Below, one piece after another: positions 31,946 to 44,661 of a stretch of DNA of 64,000 nt. Both the position numbers and the translations under genes were made by a program. How positions within the stretch are numbered: the stretch's first letter is position 1; every line of letters starts with the position of its first letter. The notes beneath the pieces are model-generated. The model had not been told where the DNA came from and did not search any database. It saw nothing but the letters and a program-made list of their open reading frames with translations. The stretch comes from Marsupella aquatica (taxonomy: Eukaryota; Plantae; Marchantiophyta), in assembly GCA_973895155.1 (NCBI GenBank), contig OZ316893.1:11858359-11922358 (forward strand), written 5' to 3'.

Positions 31946-33789
31946 CGACCAGGCCACCCAGGTCAGGGAAAGAAACAGCGCAACAAGTTTCACCTAGATT
32001 TGATGCCAATTATGTAGTGCAAACGGGAGTGCCAACATCAGATCGCCGGGGAAAGAAAAAGAGAGTAGATATGGTGTGATACAATGTGAGGATCATTCCT
32101 GAAGAGATTGACATGCTTATCTAGGGTGGGTAAGTATTACATGAGATGCGTAGAAAGATGAATATGGTAGAAACATATTATGGTAAAAAGATAAATAATG
32201 TAATAGAAATTATCTAAGAGGGAGGGGATGATTCTAAGAGGTTAGATTCATATGAATGCAGAAAAGCAAGAGGTATCAAGCAGTGATCATGTATGACTGC
32301 ATAACTACATATGCAAATGTCATTGCCTCACTATATGTATACCTTAATAACGTCACAATGAATAACTCCTGCGTGAATTTTAGCGATGCAAACTTAACGT
32401 CGTCAGATACATGACAAACTTACATCTTCATAGACAACCTTCAGTCCTCTACGTATTCTTTGACGACACTAATTTAGAGCCATCTTGGGCACCGTTCTGT
32501 ACATCATATGATTCATCATAAACATAATTTACGTGGTCTGAAAGTACGAACATTGCGTCGTTTGTGGGATTTTTACTTACTATGGCATGGACCTGACATC
32601 GTATGAGACACCACTACTACAACATGAACCCCGCGCAACCAGTTCTAGATGTCCGACGGTCTAATCTACAACTATAATACGCAATCCCGCCATTTTCATC
32701 CTTCGTCCTCTTACAAAATCCAATATGGGAGGGAATCAAATTTGACCATTAGATATTTAGGGGTATTTTTTGTATCCACTCTATCAGCGCTCACCCTCCC
32801 ACTCCTTGCAATACTGTCTGTTGTTCCGTGGCCTGGCTTTCTGCTACACCTCTACGCCTCTCATCGGCCATTAATGTGTGGATAAATGTGGGGATAATCA
32901 TCAACTGATCAGCAGGTACTGTGGTAGGCTCCCTTACTTGCCCTCCCACGCACTTGATTACCAGGTACAACAGATGAACAGAAGGTACTTTTCTTACACT
33001 CTTGGTGAGGGTATATTATCTCCTTGCCCTCACACGCACTTGACTGCCAGGTATAACTAAATATACTTTTCTTACACTCCTGGTGAAGGTACAGTACCTC
33101 CCAGCTCTCCGTGCATGTCTGTCATACATGACACTCCTTCACTGCAAGCTTTTTTGGCTCTATTGTAAATTAATCCGTGGACCCCCATGTTCATCCAAGG
33201 AATGTGTGTTTGATGAAGTGAAATCAATTTTCAACAAGGCGGTAATCTACGGTTTTGAGTCTCCCAACATTGGTCTTGGTGTGTGCTCGTACAAAAGAAA
33301 ATGCTCAAAAGATAGAGGAGATTTATCAACGGAAGGTTGAATATGGAGTCCGAATTAAGTTTTTTGATGGTTTTTGCTTACACATTGGAGAAAGCGTGTT
33401 TCTATCATTCATGATTGATCATTTGTGAGTTACATTGAGCATTACCGCCACAAGACAGACTGGAGGATAACACTTAGCTATTGGCAAAAGAGCGCTTGTC
33501 GATTCGGTGGGAAGAACACACAAAACAAACGAGTCATCACTTCACATGAAGGATTTGTAGTTGTTTTATTTAAGAAAGCTATGGCGTGAGAGAGAGACCA
33601 ACAATTGTTTCTTTGACATAGAGGTTGCATTTGGTGTCAACCTGTGTTTAGAGTGAGCTTCAGTTGAAGACTAGAGGAATGCGAACAATTCAAGCCGAGA
33701 AGCAAGCATTGTGGACAACTTGGGATGGCGACGTAATCAAAGAAATCAATTTTCAACGGCTAAGTTTGTGACGGTGATGAGATTGTGAT

Positions 33790-34600
33790 ATCTCTTAATC
33801 GAGAAAGGGTTTCCAATGAGCCTCAGATTGACAAATTTTGTCAAGTTCCAAATGAGTTTTTGAATTTCTTTGCCTTTCCAATGAGTGTGAGTATAAGAAA
33901 TATTGATCATGAGTCCATGAATTCTTTTAGCTTTCCAACATTGAGTCCGACATTAACAAATTTTACGTCAGATTTTGTCACGATACTAAAGAGATCATGA
34001 GGTTTTCAATCTCTCTAGCTTTCTAATGTGTGACATTGAGATTATTTGTCAAGAATTAGAGAGATCATGAGTATCTGAATTTCTCTAGCTTTCCAATGAA
34101 CCTAACTCGGGGGTCTCACTTCCACAAAAATGGCATATCACGTGCGACGAAGGATAGGGTCATTTTATTGGTTCTAAGGGAAGACTTAAGAATTTTTGTA
34201 GAAGAACAATAGGGTCTTTTAAATTCAATTTTGAGACTTATAAGAACATTAGGGTCTTTTTAATCCAAATTTTAGAATATTCCAAGAATATTCCAACTTT
34301 ATAGGGGTTAAAAATAAAAAAAATTCTTACATTTTAGGGGGTCCGAGGCCTAAAAACGTCGCAGGCGATGGGGAGGTCCCCATATAGTGAGACCCCCCAG
34401 GAACCTAACATTGATAGATTTTGTCAAGTACTAAGGAAATGATGAGTTTTTAATTTTACTTTAGCTTTCCAATGAGTGTGACATTGAGAGAATTTATCAA
34501 GACAATATTAAAGAGGTCACTAGTTTCTAAATCTTGATCTTGAGTTTTCCAATGAATCAAACATTGACAATTTTATCAAGTACTAAGGAGATTGATTATT
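33790..34600. repeat. Degenerate tandem array (~60-70 bp unit, TAGCTTTCCAATGAG...ACATTGA), interrupted by a MITE
   Basis: Motif repeated roughly ten times; a reverse-complement array lies at ~42935-43150. Confidence 0.65.
34106..34400. mobile_element. 295-bp MITE with 15-bp TIRs and 8-bp TSD (copy 1)
   Basis: TIRs CTCGGGGGTCTCACT / AGTGAGACCCCCCAG; perfect TSD GAACCTAA (34098-34105 and 34401-34408). Near-identical to 55181-55477. Confidence 0.93.
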
Positions 34601-35869
34601 TAGTTTTACAATGTGAAGCCAAAGGGGTTTTAACTATGTACATTTCTATTGGTTGGTTTTTTCAAGCTTGCAAACAATTAAAAAATACAAGCATTTTGAT
34701 ATAAAACACTGATATATGTTTGACAAACATCAAAATGGTAACTTTATTTTACTAAAATAATGACATATCTCCCTTTGTATTTTGGTTTTTTTACGTTCAA
34801 TATTTACGGCATGGCGCCCCAAAAATTATGTTGCTTTTGCCACAAACAGGAATGTGCACGTTTGTTATTGTTAAAAGTAGAACAGGCTGGTTGTGGTGAT
34901 GTGGCACAACCTCGTGGCAAAGAATTTGCAAGAGACCTCTCATGGGGGTCCGTAAATAGGTTGGATAGAAGATTAGTGATGTTGTATTCAATATTTGGGG
35001 GCTTGTGCAGATTGATTGGAGGTTTGACTCATAATTCTTTTGGTGTGCCTAGGGAGGATTATAGTGAGGATTACAACATACTTCACACTAGGTGTGAGGA
35101 GATTTTACATGAAACATTCAAGCTTGGAGGTAAACATCAAGTGGTAGAGTATTTTTGTAGGGCTCTCATCGTGTGACCAGGTAGGTTTGTATGATTGCAT
35201 GTTTGTTTGATGATTACAATTTGTATGGATTTTATTAGTTGTGAAAAGGCCCAATGACCTTAGTTTATATTCTATTCTTGAGCCCATTGACCCTTTCTTG
35301 AGATGAACATTTTCTTCTTGGATGCTAGAGAAGCTTGGGAGAGTTTACAAATTATTTGGCAATCAATAGCAAACTCAACTTTATTACAACACTTGAAATA
35401 CAGGTTTGATTTCTTTCTCTTCTCTCTATATGGTTAATAGTTGTGATTGCTAATATTTTTGTGTGATAAACCAACATCAAACATCTATGCAGTTCCAAGA
35501 TTTCACCTCTAGTATATTGATTTGTGATAATTATTTGTGAATAAAAGAAAGTATAAAGTTCTAATTTTCAATATTTTGATATTCAGATCTAAACTTAGTG
35601 TACTGTTTGACCAGAAAATTGGAGCTTCATATTTGACTTGTCAATGTTTTCTCAAATCTTAACAAATAAAGAAAATGTAAACACTAATACTCTATCTAAG
35701 AAGCTTTGCTACAAATAAAGGCATAAGAAAACTTAAGCTTGAGAGTTATTTCATTTTGTTCCTTTTCCAATAGAAATAGCAGAAGCAAGATCTACATTTG
35801 ATACTAGTTTTAACATAACAAGCCATTACCTTAAAAATCAAGAAGATTCCAAGTTAAGCCATCATGATG

Positions 35870-36180
35870 CACACATTTGCAAGTGTACTTTTTGACTCCA
35901 ATTATAATTCTAAAATTAATAATGTTACAAGTTAAGGCATTCTGGTGCACACATCCGCAAGGGTCGGTGTACTGTTTGACCCCAATTGTAACTTTGAAAT
36001 TGATAAGGTTACAAGTTAAGGCATTGTGGTGCGCACATCCGCACGGGTCGGTGTACTGTTTGACCCCAATTGTAACTTTAAAATTGATAAGGTTGCAAAT
36101 TGAAATTCTTTAGTGAACATCCTTAAGGGTTGGTGTAATGTTTGACCCCAATTGTAACTTTAAAATCATTTGATAAGGTA
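35870..36180. repeat. Tandem repeat, ~84-bp unit, 3-4 copies
   Basis: GGGTCGGTGTACTGTTTGACCCCAATTGTAACTTT recurs; the 28-aa repeat in ORF 35877-36113 gives the period. Confidence 0.8.
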
Positions 36181-37266
36181 CAGGAACTTTTGAAAATTCC
36201 CAACACTAAATTAACATCATCTGAACATATTTTTTCATAATTAAAAATGCAAAGACATGATCTAAATTATGAATGTGGCTTTGACTTACTCAACTTAGGT
36301 AAAGTTGGCTTAGGGTTAGGTTGGCATAACATAAAGTGGGGTATGATCCCCTTACTAGCTCTTCTTCTCTCAAGCAAATTTCAACTCATTTGGTAACTAA
36401 GTAAGGTGAAGTCTGTTTGAATCTTAAATCTTTTAACTCATTACTGGGAAATTTGTTTGAGCTCAAATGTCTAGAGTCCACATACCCTAGTTTTCTCTCT
36501 GTCTTTGAACATTTTCAACCCATTTGATTGAGTAACAAAAAATGATAAATCCCACTGATTGGATTGTTTTGGCCCTAACTTAAGCTTTAGTTGGCTTAGG
36601 AAAGTTGGCTTAGGGTAACAGTGGGCTAATTTCAAGTATAGGTACAATTTTATTTTGAATTCACAAATTTGACCTCAGTTTGAGCTCAAACTTTAAGTAC
36701 ATATTAGAGTTTTCCGTAAAAGCAGCCCATGAAAAGACGGGCCACTCACCCTGTAATTCTAAAAGGCTAGTTACCGTGAAAGTAGAGCATGAACAGACTT
36801 TTTAGTCAAAACTCAAGGTGAAGTCCTACAGCTAATAATGATTTCTAGGTCAACTCTCGACTCTCGTGAGCATTTTTGACATCCCTCACACTTTCCACAG
36901 TGTGAGCATTTCTAACGTTGTACGCATGGTCCAGGCTGATCCTCTGTTGCGCTCTTGCTTTGCTTTATGGTGGTTCACTACTGTAGCTCTTCCAAATATT
37001 CTTTGTGTTATTCTTCTTGTTGCTACGGTAGTTGTAAGATCTAATTGATAATTGATGCTGCATGCTCCCACTTCCCTATGTACACTATTGCTCTGGCAGA
37101 CCTGCCTAAACGCCTGCGTCCACGCACTTGAGTTCCTTTGGTCCCATGTACTTGAGTTCCTTTTTTTCTGTACGCTTGTTTTGTCAGCTCTTTCAGAAAA
37201 AAAACAGTTTTTTAGTTAAGATCTCTGTTTGTATTTGCTGTTTGATCCCTCTTTGCTACAGTTGAA

Positions 37267-38403
37267 ATGGAGAATAATGGGTCCAACAGTCCACCCATCC
37301 CTAGTACTACGGATGATTCTCAGACATCTGATACTTCTCTTGAATTGAGTGATGACGAAGATTTATTAGACGACATGGAGGATGACTGGATGACTATGTT
37401 CCATGCTGCCTCAGTGACTGTAAACAGTAGAGATTTTTTCAATTTATATGAGTTGCAAGCAACTCAGGGAATGTATACAGATCCTGCAGCAGGGGTAAAA
37501 GATGTATTAAGGAGCATGAAGAATTTTCCAGGACGATTCAAAGAGCTCACCAATTTCACTATAGATGAGTGGGGAGACCTCTGTTGTCGTGTACTTCCAA
37601 TAATTGCATCGCATGCTAGGTCCACCGGAGAAGCTCACAATAGTAGAGGTCGTCCTTCAAAATTATCTCCAGAAGAACGACTGCTCAATTTTGTACTCTA
37701 CATGAAACATGATAACACCATTGTTCATGATAGTCATCAATGGAACTGGTCGCGATCTTCTCTGTGTGATGATGCATATTTTGTTGCATCATGTTTGAAT
37801 GTGGCACTCTCGGACAAGATTCGATGGCCTTCAGCTCAGGAGCGAATGGAGCTATCTACCCACAACCCTGATTGGCCAGGTTGCATTGGCATTATTGATG
37901 GCACTCTTGTGAAGATTCGAAGACCATTTAACAATGAGAATCATAGTGATTGGTTCCAAGGCAGGAAGAAGATGTACTGTCTGAATAATACAGTAATCGT
38001 TGATCATCATGGTTTGTTCATTTATCTGGACTCTGGTTACCCAGGTTCATATCATGACATAAACATTTTGAAACAGACTGAGCTTTTCAAGAATTGGAGA
38101 GAGTATTTTCAGCACACTGATGGGTACCATGAGTATTTGTTGGGCGATCCTGGATATGTTCGAGCAGACAGCTTCATCATGCATAGGTTTGGTGGGACAG
38201 AAGATACTCAAGGCATGAGTGCTGCCACTGTGAGAGCATGGAACAAAATGCATGTTGGATACAGAATCAAAGTTGAGTGGGGAATTGGGGGAATGAAAAG
38301 AAAATGGCATCGACTGATGAAAGGATATGATCTGCGGAAGTACAAATTCAAAGAATTCTTTCAAGCTGCAGCTCTACTGACAAATTTCCTCCAACGAAAA
38401 TGA
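37267..38403 (+). CDS. Harbinger/HARBI1-like DDE transposase (DDE_Tnp_4 type), 378 aa
   Basis: CIGIIDGT, YPGSYHD, YLLGDPGY and RIKVEWGIGGMKRKW motifs give the D-D-E triad; an HTH-like region lies upstream. The final TGA may be slightly premature. Confidence 0.9.
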   Translation: MENNGSNSPPIPSTTDDSQTSDTSLELSDDEDLLDDMEDDWMTMFHAASVTVNSRDFFNLYELQATQGMYTDPAAGVKDVLRSMKNFPGRFKELTNFTIDEWGDLCCRVLPIIASHARSTGEAHNSRGRPSKLSPEERLLNFVLYMKHDNTIVHDSHQWNWSRSSLCDDAYFVASCLNVALSDKIRWPSAQERMELSTHNPDWPGCIGIIDGTLVKIRRPFNNENHSDWFQGRKKMYCLNNTVIVDHHGLFIYLDSGYPGSYHDINILKQTELFKNWREYFQHTDGYHEYLLGDPGYVRADSFIMHRFGGTEDTQGMSAATVRAWNKMHVGYRIKVEWGIGGMKRKWHRLMKGYDLRKYKFKEFFQAAALLTNFLQRK

Positions 38404-38690
38404 AATGATTTCAGCGAAATGATAGATGGGGAACCAATATATTGGAAACAATTATGAAGCATCATGGGTAGGAGACTACCCAAGAGAGTTTGCCATGTAC
38501 AAAAGATAGAAATATTAGATTGAAGTATTTATCATCACCACAAGTACACAGGCGGACAAAATTTGCTCTATAGCAATTTCCTGAAGTTCAAAATTTTGCA
38601 ATATATGAGTAAATGATTAATCTGAAATCATTTACCAATGCTGCTTTCTATCTAAAATCTGAATTACATAGATTTTGAAGTTCTCATGAG

Positions 38691-39639
38691 CTACAGCTTC
38701 AAAATTAGCTTTACTTGCTCTTTGAAGGCCTCCTCTGATATGCATCCCAGGTCCCTGGCCTTTTTCAGGTTGTTGATTTTGATCTTTTCCTGGAGTAAGC
38801 TTTCAGTGACAAGCTTTGCATCCATCAACAAATCTCGCATCTTCCTTCCTTCCTTTATCTCACCAACCTACTTGCCAAAGAAGCAGCTTGTGAATTCAAT
38901 GAATGAGCCTTGGTAGGCTTTACCTTGGTTGCAGCTCCACATGAAGATATAGTCTCACTTGCAAGAATAGGGGTTATTGGGCTTTTGGGGTTGATACATT
39001 CAGTATCTCCAGAGCCTATTGGAGTAGTGATAGGAGTCACAGTTGGTGCAGTGTTGATTGTAGTGTTCCCTGCCATCAGTTCTTTTCTTGTCCCATGCAA
39101 ATTTCGTGAAGCATGTCTGTCAGTTTGCATGATCTTTTCCATCACAGTTGCACTCTGCATTCTGACTCTCTCATTGATTTCATCATTAGAATTACCAGTC
39201 TGGATGTCTTTCAATGTTTCTCTCAAACGGTCCTTCAATGATTCTTGAACAAAGATTGAATTTGGAAACTCAGTTTGTAAAATGCATACAGAGGGGCCCA
39301 AACTTTACCTGGGGTCAATTGGCTTGATTTCTTGCCTTTCTTTGCAAGCTTGCTACTGTAATTTTCAAAGAATACATTATAGGCTGAAGCAAGCAATGCA
39401 AGGTGGACAGAGTGGACAGTTTCTCTCTTTTTTCCATTGGGAGCCTTGGTTGTGCCCTTGCGTTTACCCTTCCCTGCCTGCAATTGGACCTTTGAAGTAG
39501 CTTTACTGGATTTCAAAGGCAACTTTGAGCGTACAGCAGCAATTGGATTGACTGCTTCACAATCACTGTCCCCACCAGCACCATCTCCATTGGACTCATC
39601 TGCTTCAGATGGTTCTATGTCTGAGCCTGATGGATTCAA
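38691..39639 (-). pseudogene. Second (probable DNA-binding) ORF of the Harbinger-type element, with two apparent frameshifts
   Basis: Three coding-like segments in different frames: ...KVWAPLYAFYK, FPNSIFVQESLKDRLRETLK..., and ...MRDLLMDAKLVTESLLQEKIKINNLKKARDLGCISEEAFKEQVKLILKL* (stop 38691-38693). The position opposite the transposase is typical. The start codon is uncertain. Confidence 0.6.
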
Positions 39640-39824
39640 AGCATGCCACAGATGATGTAAGAGACAGCATGCCTAAATGTAGATTTCATTTTAAAGAGAT
39701 TCGAAATGAGCCAAATACCTGTACTCTTGTCTAAGCACATCCAGGGTTCCAGGACAGGGGATGCATCAATGAAATCCATGTCGAAGCTGAATGTCAATCC
39801 TCGACCTCTCACTCTCCTTGCAGC

Positions 39825-40160
39825 TAGCTCAAACTCGCAGCTAGCTCAAACCTACTCGCAGCTAGCTCAAACTCGCTGATTGCTGCTCTGGATGTTGTTT
39901 CTCGCTGATTGCTGCTAGTTGCTCGCTGCTCGCTCCCCCCTGCTTGCTCCTCACTGCTCGCTGCTGCTTCACTGCTCGCTGCGCCTCGCTCCTCACTGCT
40001 CGTCCTGCTGCTTCACTGCTCGCTCCTGCTCACTCCTTCACTCGCTCCTCGCTCCTTGCTCCTGCTCGCTGATTGCTGCTCGCGCACTCGTTTCTTCACT
40101 CGCTCCTGCTTCACCGCTAGCTGTTGCTCGCTGCGCCTGCTTCACTGCTCGCTGCGCTAC
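39825..40160. repeat. Low-complexity (GCT/CTC/CGC) array inside the Harbinger-type element
   Basis: CTCGCAGCTAGCTCAAA repeats followed by GCTCGCT/GCTTCACT repeats. Confidence 0.8.
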
Positions 40161-41879
40161 GGTAGTTGCTGCCCACATCAAGATTACAGGGTGACTTAGG
40201 CATTGCCACCTCCGAAGATCACTTTCCCGTTTTCGCCTTGGATTTTACTCTGGTGTATTTGAGTGCCGCTGCCGAAAGCTAACTCACCTTGTGTTCAGCT
40301 CGATCTGCTTTTCACCCTGGGAACTCACCCCGTAAGTGAGATTTTACGGAAAACTCTATTCTCCAAGTTTCCTTTTATCTCTCAACAATTTTGTAGCACA
40401 TCTGGTTAAGTAAGGACAAAATGCTGAATCACAAAGCTTCAGATAGATTTTGGTTTCTTGACTTTGATTTGGTCCGTTTAGTCAGAGTAGGCATAAAGTA
40501 ACTAAGATGGATTTAAGACAAAATTGGAATATCAATTCATTTTCAACTCACAACTTGGAGAGCTCAAACTTTAACTTCCCTTATAGATTTCCCTAGCTTT
40601 CCTCTATCTTGTAGAGAATTTTCAGCCCATTTGGTAGAGTACAACAAAAATAACTGAAAGTTTTTAGAGATCCAAGTTGATTTTGGCTTCAACTTAGTTG
40701 CCTCATAATACTGAAAAATATTTAATTACTTTTTGCCAATTTCTGAGTGACACGCAACTAGCACATACTTGACATGTGTTACAACTCTCACACGCATCAC
40801 CATTCTTGCATGTGTTTTCGTTCTAACTCGGATGACAATTCTAACACGAGTGAGTTTATTGTGCATCAATCCACGTTTCACAATTCTCATCATTGATCAA
40901 TAAACATCAATGATTAAGATTGACTTGTTGTCTTATTTTATTGCCCAAAGTACCATGCAAGTTTCTATTTAAATTTGGTATCAAAGAATGTGTATCATTC
41001 CTGCACATGAACCAGACATTTTCTTCACGCTTGTCACACGAGTGTCTTCAACCATCACACGAGTACTGTTAAGGCACGTTGCACAATCTCCACCATTGAT
41101 AAGTAAAATCCAACGGATATGAATTAATTGTTGACGTGGAATTTTCTCTGAATTTTAAAATTTGCAAGAGTCTCTAACTGGACCCGTAACTATTATTTAA
41201 CCTTGTTTGCCAGATTTTGAGCTTTCACTGCGCAATCCGTGCCTACATTAGGGGTCTCAATGAAATGATCCAGATAGGAAATTTTTTAATGAATTGCGTT
41301 GAAAAACATCTGCCCTAAAAAGAAAAGAAATTCAGTTGGAAAACAGGAACATGTCCTGCAGATTTCAGCACTAGATGTACACTACTTCGGAAGTTCGGAT
41401 AATAGTCTCGCACCCCAAATTCATTTACTGTGAGGCTATATATAGGGCAGTGACATTTTCTATTAATTGTGATACTAGCATGATGCCTATTCCTTGCGCA
41501 AAAGATGTCTTGGTCAGTTGGTCAGGTGCTGACAGGCAAAACCGCAAAAAGGCAGCTTGGGGGGACATTTGTTTTAGATGGGGTGTATGGGTAGATACAT
41601 TTATTTTAGTTGGGGTCTATGAATAGATCTGACAAGGGAAAAAGGCTTTTTTTACCAGTTTATGAATGGAGTATCTCACCTTTTTGGTGGGATAGGGTGT
41701 TATAATGGTAGATTATATTTAGGGTAAGTGACACACTCCCTACTTATATATGGCTAGGTTATAATCATTATTTAGGATGTGGCCAGCATGATCTGACAAC
41801 TCAACAGGGCTTTATTACTAGAACTGGGAACACAAGTTATCACTCTTCACCGATTGCAAACTGAAGGTCTAACGCATAC

Positions 41880-42090
41880 ACTAAAGTTACATGCCTGGGC
41901 AAAATAGACTAAGGGTGCATTCTTTGGAGAACCAACTAAGTTTTTGATAATTAAAAAAACATGGATACATCAGCCTACACTAAAGTTAAAGATGGGTAAA
42001 ATAGACTCAGGGTGCATTCTTTGGACAACCAACCTAAGTTTTTGATAATTAAAAACACATGGATACATCAGCCTGCACTAAAGTTAAAGA
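41880..42090. repeat. Tandem duplication, ~97-bp unit
   Basis: AAAATAGACT.AGGGTGCATTCTTTGGA.AACCAAC.TAAGTTTTTGATAATTAAAAA.ACATGGATACATCAGCCT.CACTAAAGTTAAAGAT occurs twice. Confidence 0.85.
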
Positions 42091-44169
42091 TCCACAATAG
42101 AAATAGACCAAGGGTCCAGCGAGTAAAACCACAGTTTAAATTTTTGATGGATATGGGATGGGTATTAGAGAGAGTATTTTTTAAGGTTTTTACTTCTTCA
42201 CCAGAGTGGCCAATGTCCAGTGTGTGAAGGATAAGATGCTCAGAATATTCCTTATTTGATTATTTTCCTGACCATCAGGTCTCCCAAGCTTTAAGGATGA
42301 CCATTAGATGCTTGCTAATGGGACCTGTGAAAGGATGGACACTGGCTGACGAGATAGAAAAATACTAGCCACTATAAAATTTGGGGAAGTTTAGCCACTG
42401 TAAAAAATGCTGGTATTCAACCACCATCTAAATTTGTGATGGGTTTGCTAAATTTGTGTCTTCATGTAAAGCGAAATCTGGTCTGTCACACATTTTATAT
42501 ATTTAATCCGTGGACCCCCATGTTATTTTAGAAGCAGTTATCTAGAAACTGAAGCCTAGATGAACCTCCAAATCTAAAGACAAACATTTTTAAAATGGAC
42601 AAGTCAATGTTTGACACTTGAAACAATTGCCAAACTTACCAAGACAACCATAATTAACATCAATCACAAAACAAGCTGCAATGTGAACTAATGTTTAATT
42701 AATGTGTGGGCAGCTTAATTGCCCACTTCAGCAAAATGGTGTTTGACGGTTTACTCCACGTTATTGAAGGGATGCTGGATGCATTCAGGTTCAAAAGTAA
42801 TCATTTTTCAATTCCTACATGCAGATAGACAAAGAGAGAGAAATCATCGGTGTGGTCAAATCACTAACCTTGCATAATTGTTTAAGACAAAAAGTTTCAT
42901 GGAAACAAATTTCACATTGTGGAATTCAGAATGGATCAAAAGCTAGAGAAATTTAGAAATTCATGACCACTTTTGTACTTGATAAAATCTCCCAATGTCA
43001 CACTCATTGGAAAACTAGAGAAGATTGGAAACTTATAATCTCCTCAGAACTTAACTAAATCTATCAATGTTAAGTTCATTAAACAACCAAAGCAATTCTA
43101 AAATTCATAATCTTCTTAGTACTCGATAAAATCTATCAATTTTAGGTTCATTCTCATGGAAGGGGTCAACATTTCACGGGCTGTACAATAAAAATTTCTA
43201 TTCACATTAGAGATTACAAAATCATGGGTGAAATCTATTTTTCAAATATTCACTCAATTCTTATTGAATGGTGACAATGCTGAGCTCATCACGACCGTCT
43301 CTTCAAGATCTTTCCAACGCCATATTATACGTGAGTTTTCATTATGATTTGACTTAGCAATGTCAAATCAAAAATTGTTGTCAAATTTTATTTTTGTTTT
43401 GAATAAAATTAAAATGGAAATAAAACCATTACTGGGAGCAATTTTACCTCAATCTTTTTATCTTTTGATTTGCATGTCAATTTTTTTTACATTCTTTTTT
43501 ACTGCATGGCGTCCTAGTTTTTACAGTAAAGTTGTCACAAACACGAATGTAGAAGTGAGTTTTATCCAAAAACAAGTCCCTTCCTGTTTGTGGCGTGTCA
43601 TGATGATGTGGCGCGCTGTGGAGCCAGGAATTTTGGAAAGGACCTCTAATGGGGTCCATAATGACTTACTACCCATATTTACCTTTTGAATGCACATCAA
43701 ATATGAATGTAGAATAATTAGAAAATAATTTTCATATTAAAACAATTCATGTAGAATTGTACCCTCATGTCCTCCCCTCCGTGCATGACTCTATTCCTTT
43801 CATGATAAGCTTTTTTGTTTGATCTAGACTACTTCCTACCCAGAGCTACCTTTTAAAACAAACCAATAATGAATGTAGAATAATTGAAAATATATTTTCA
43901 TTTAAAAACAATTAATGTGAAATTGTCAGGTCTATTCTATCCATCTTTCAATTTTCCTTTGTACAAATAACAATAAAATCAGAATAAACTTACTGTTTGA
44001 GTAAGAGCAAACAAAATACAACCTTGGTAATAATAAAATGAAGAAATCAAAAGACTCATCATATCAAACACAATAATACACCCCCCCCCCCCTACAAAAT
44101 AAATAAATATTCTTCATTCTTTACAAAATGAAAAATAGGAGAGAGCAGATTTTGCCCTCTATCAAAAAT

Positions 44170-44661
44170 GTTTTTTTTGCAGATATTTTTGTAATCTTTA
44201 CATATGTATTGTTTTTCAACATTTTTTTTTCATTTCGCCATTTTTCTCACATTCACATCTTTATCTCACCATGACATTTTTTCCTCACTTGACATATTTT
44301 CTCCCCTTGACATCTTTTTCTCTCCTCCACATCTTCTTTCACCTTGACAACTTTATCTCACTGCGAAATCTTTCACTCATGCTCAACATTTCTTTCCTCA
44401 ACATATTTTCCTCATTTTACATCTTTTTTTCACTTCGCCATGATCATTTCTCTCCCCAACAACTTTTCTGCACCTCGGCTTCTTCTTCTCTCATCGACAT
44501 ATTTTTTCATCTCAACACCCTTTCCTCACCTCAACATTTTTTTTTCACCTCAACTTCTTTTTCTCTCCTCAACTTGCTTTGTTCTCATGGACATATTTTT
44601 TCATCATAACATCTTTCCCTCATCTCAACATCTTTTGTGCAACGCACAGGCATGGGGCTAG
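44170..44661 (+). mobile_element. Non-autonomous Helitron 3' portion, same family as 16960-17427
   Basis: Ends TGTGCAACGCACAGGCATGGGGCTAG|T, a hairpin-capable GC stretch shortly before CTAG followed by T. Has the same pyrimidine-rich repeats upstream. Confidence 0.7.

Larger units (their letters stand above)
36706..40357. mobile_element. Full-length PIF/Harbinger-superfamily (PHIS) transposon, 3652 bp, two convergent ORFs
   Basis: Perfect 16-bp TIRs AGAGTTTTCCGTAAAA (36706-36721) and TTTTACGGAAAACTCT (40342-40357), with a 3-bp TSD ATT on both sides. Encloses a DDE transposase and a second ORF on the opposite strand. Confidence 0.92.
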
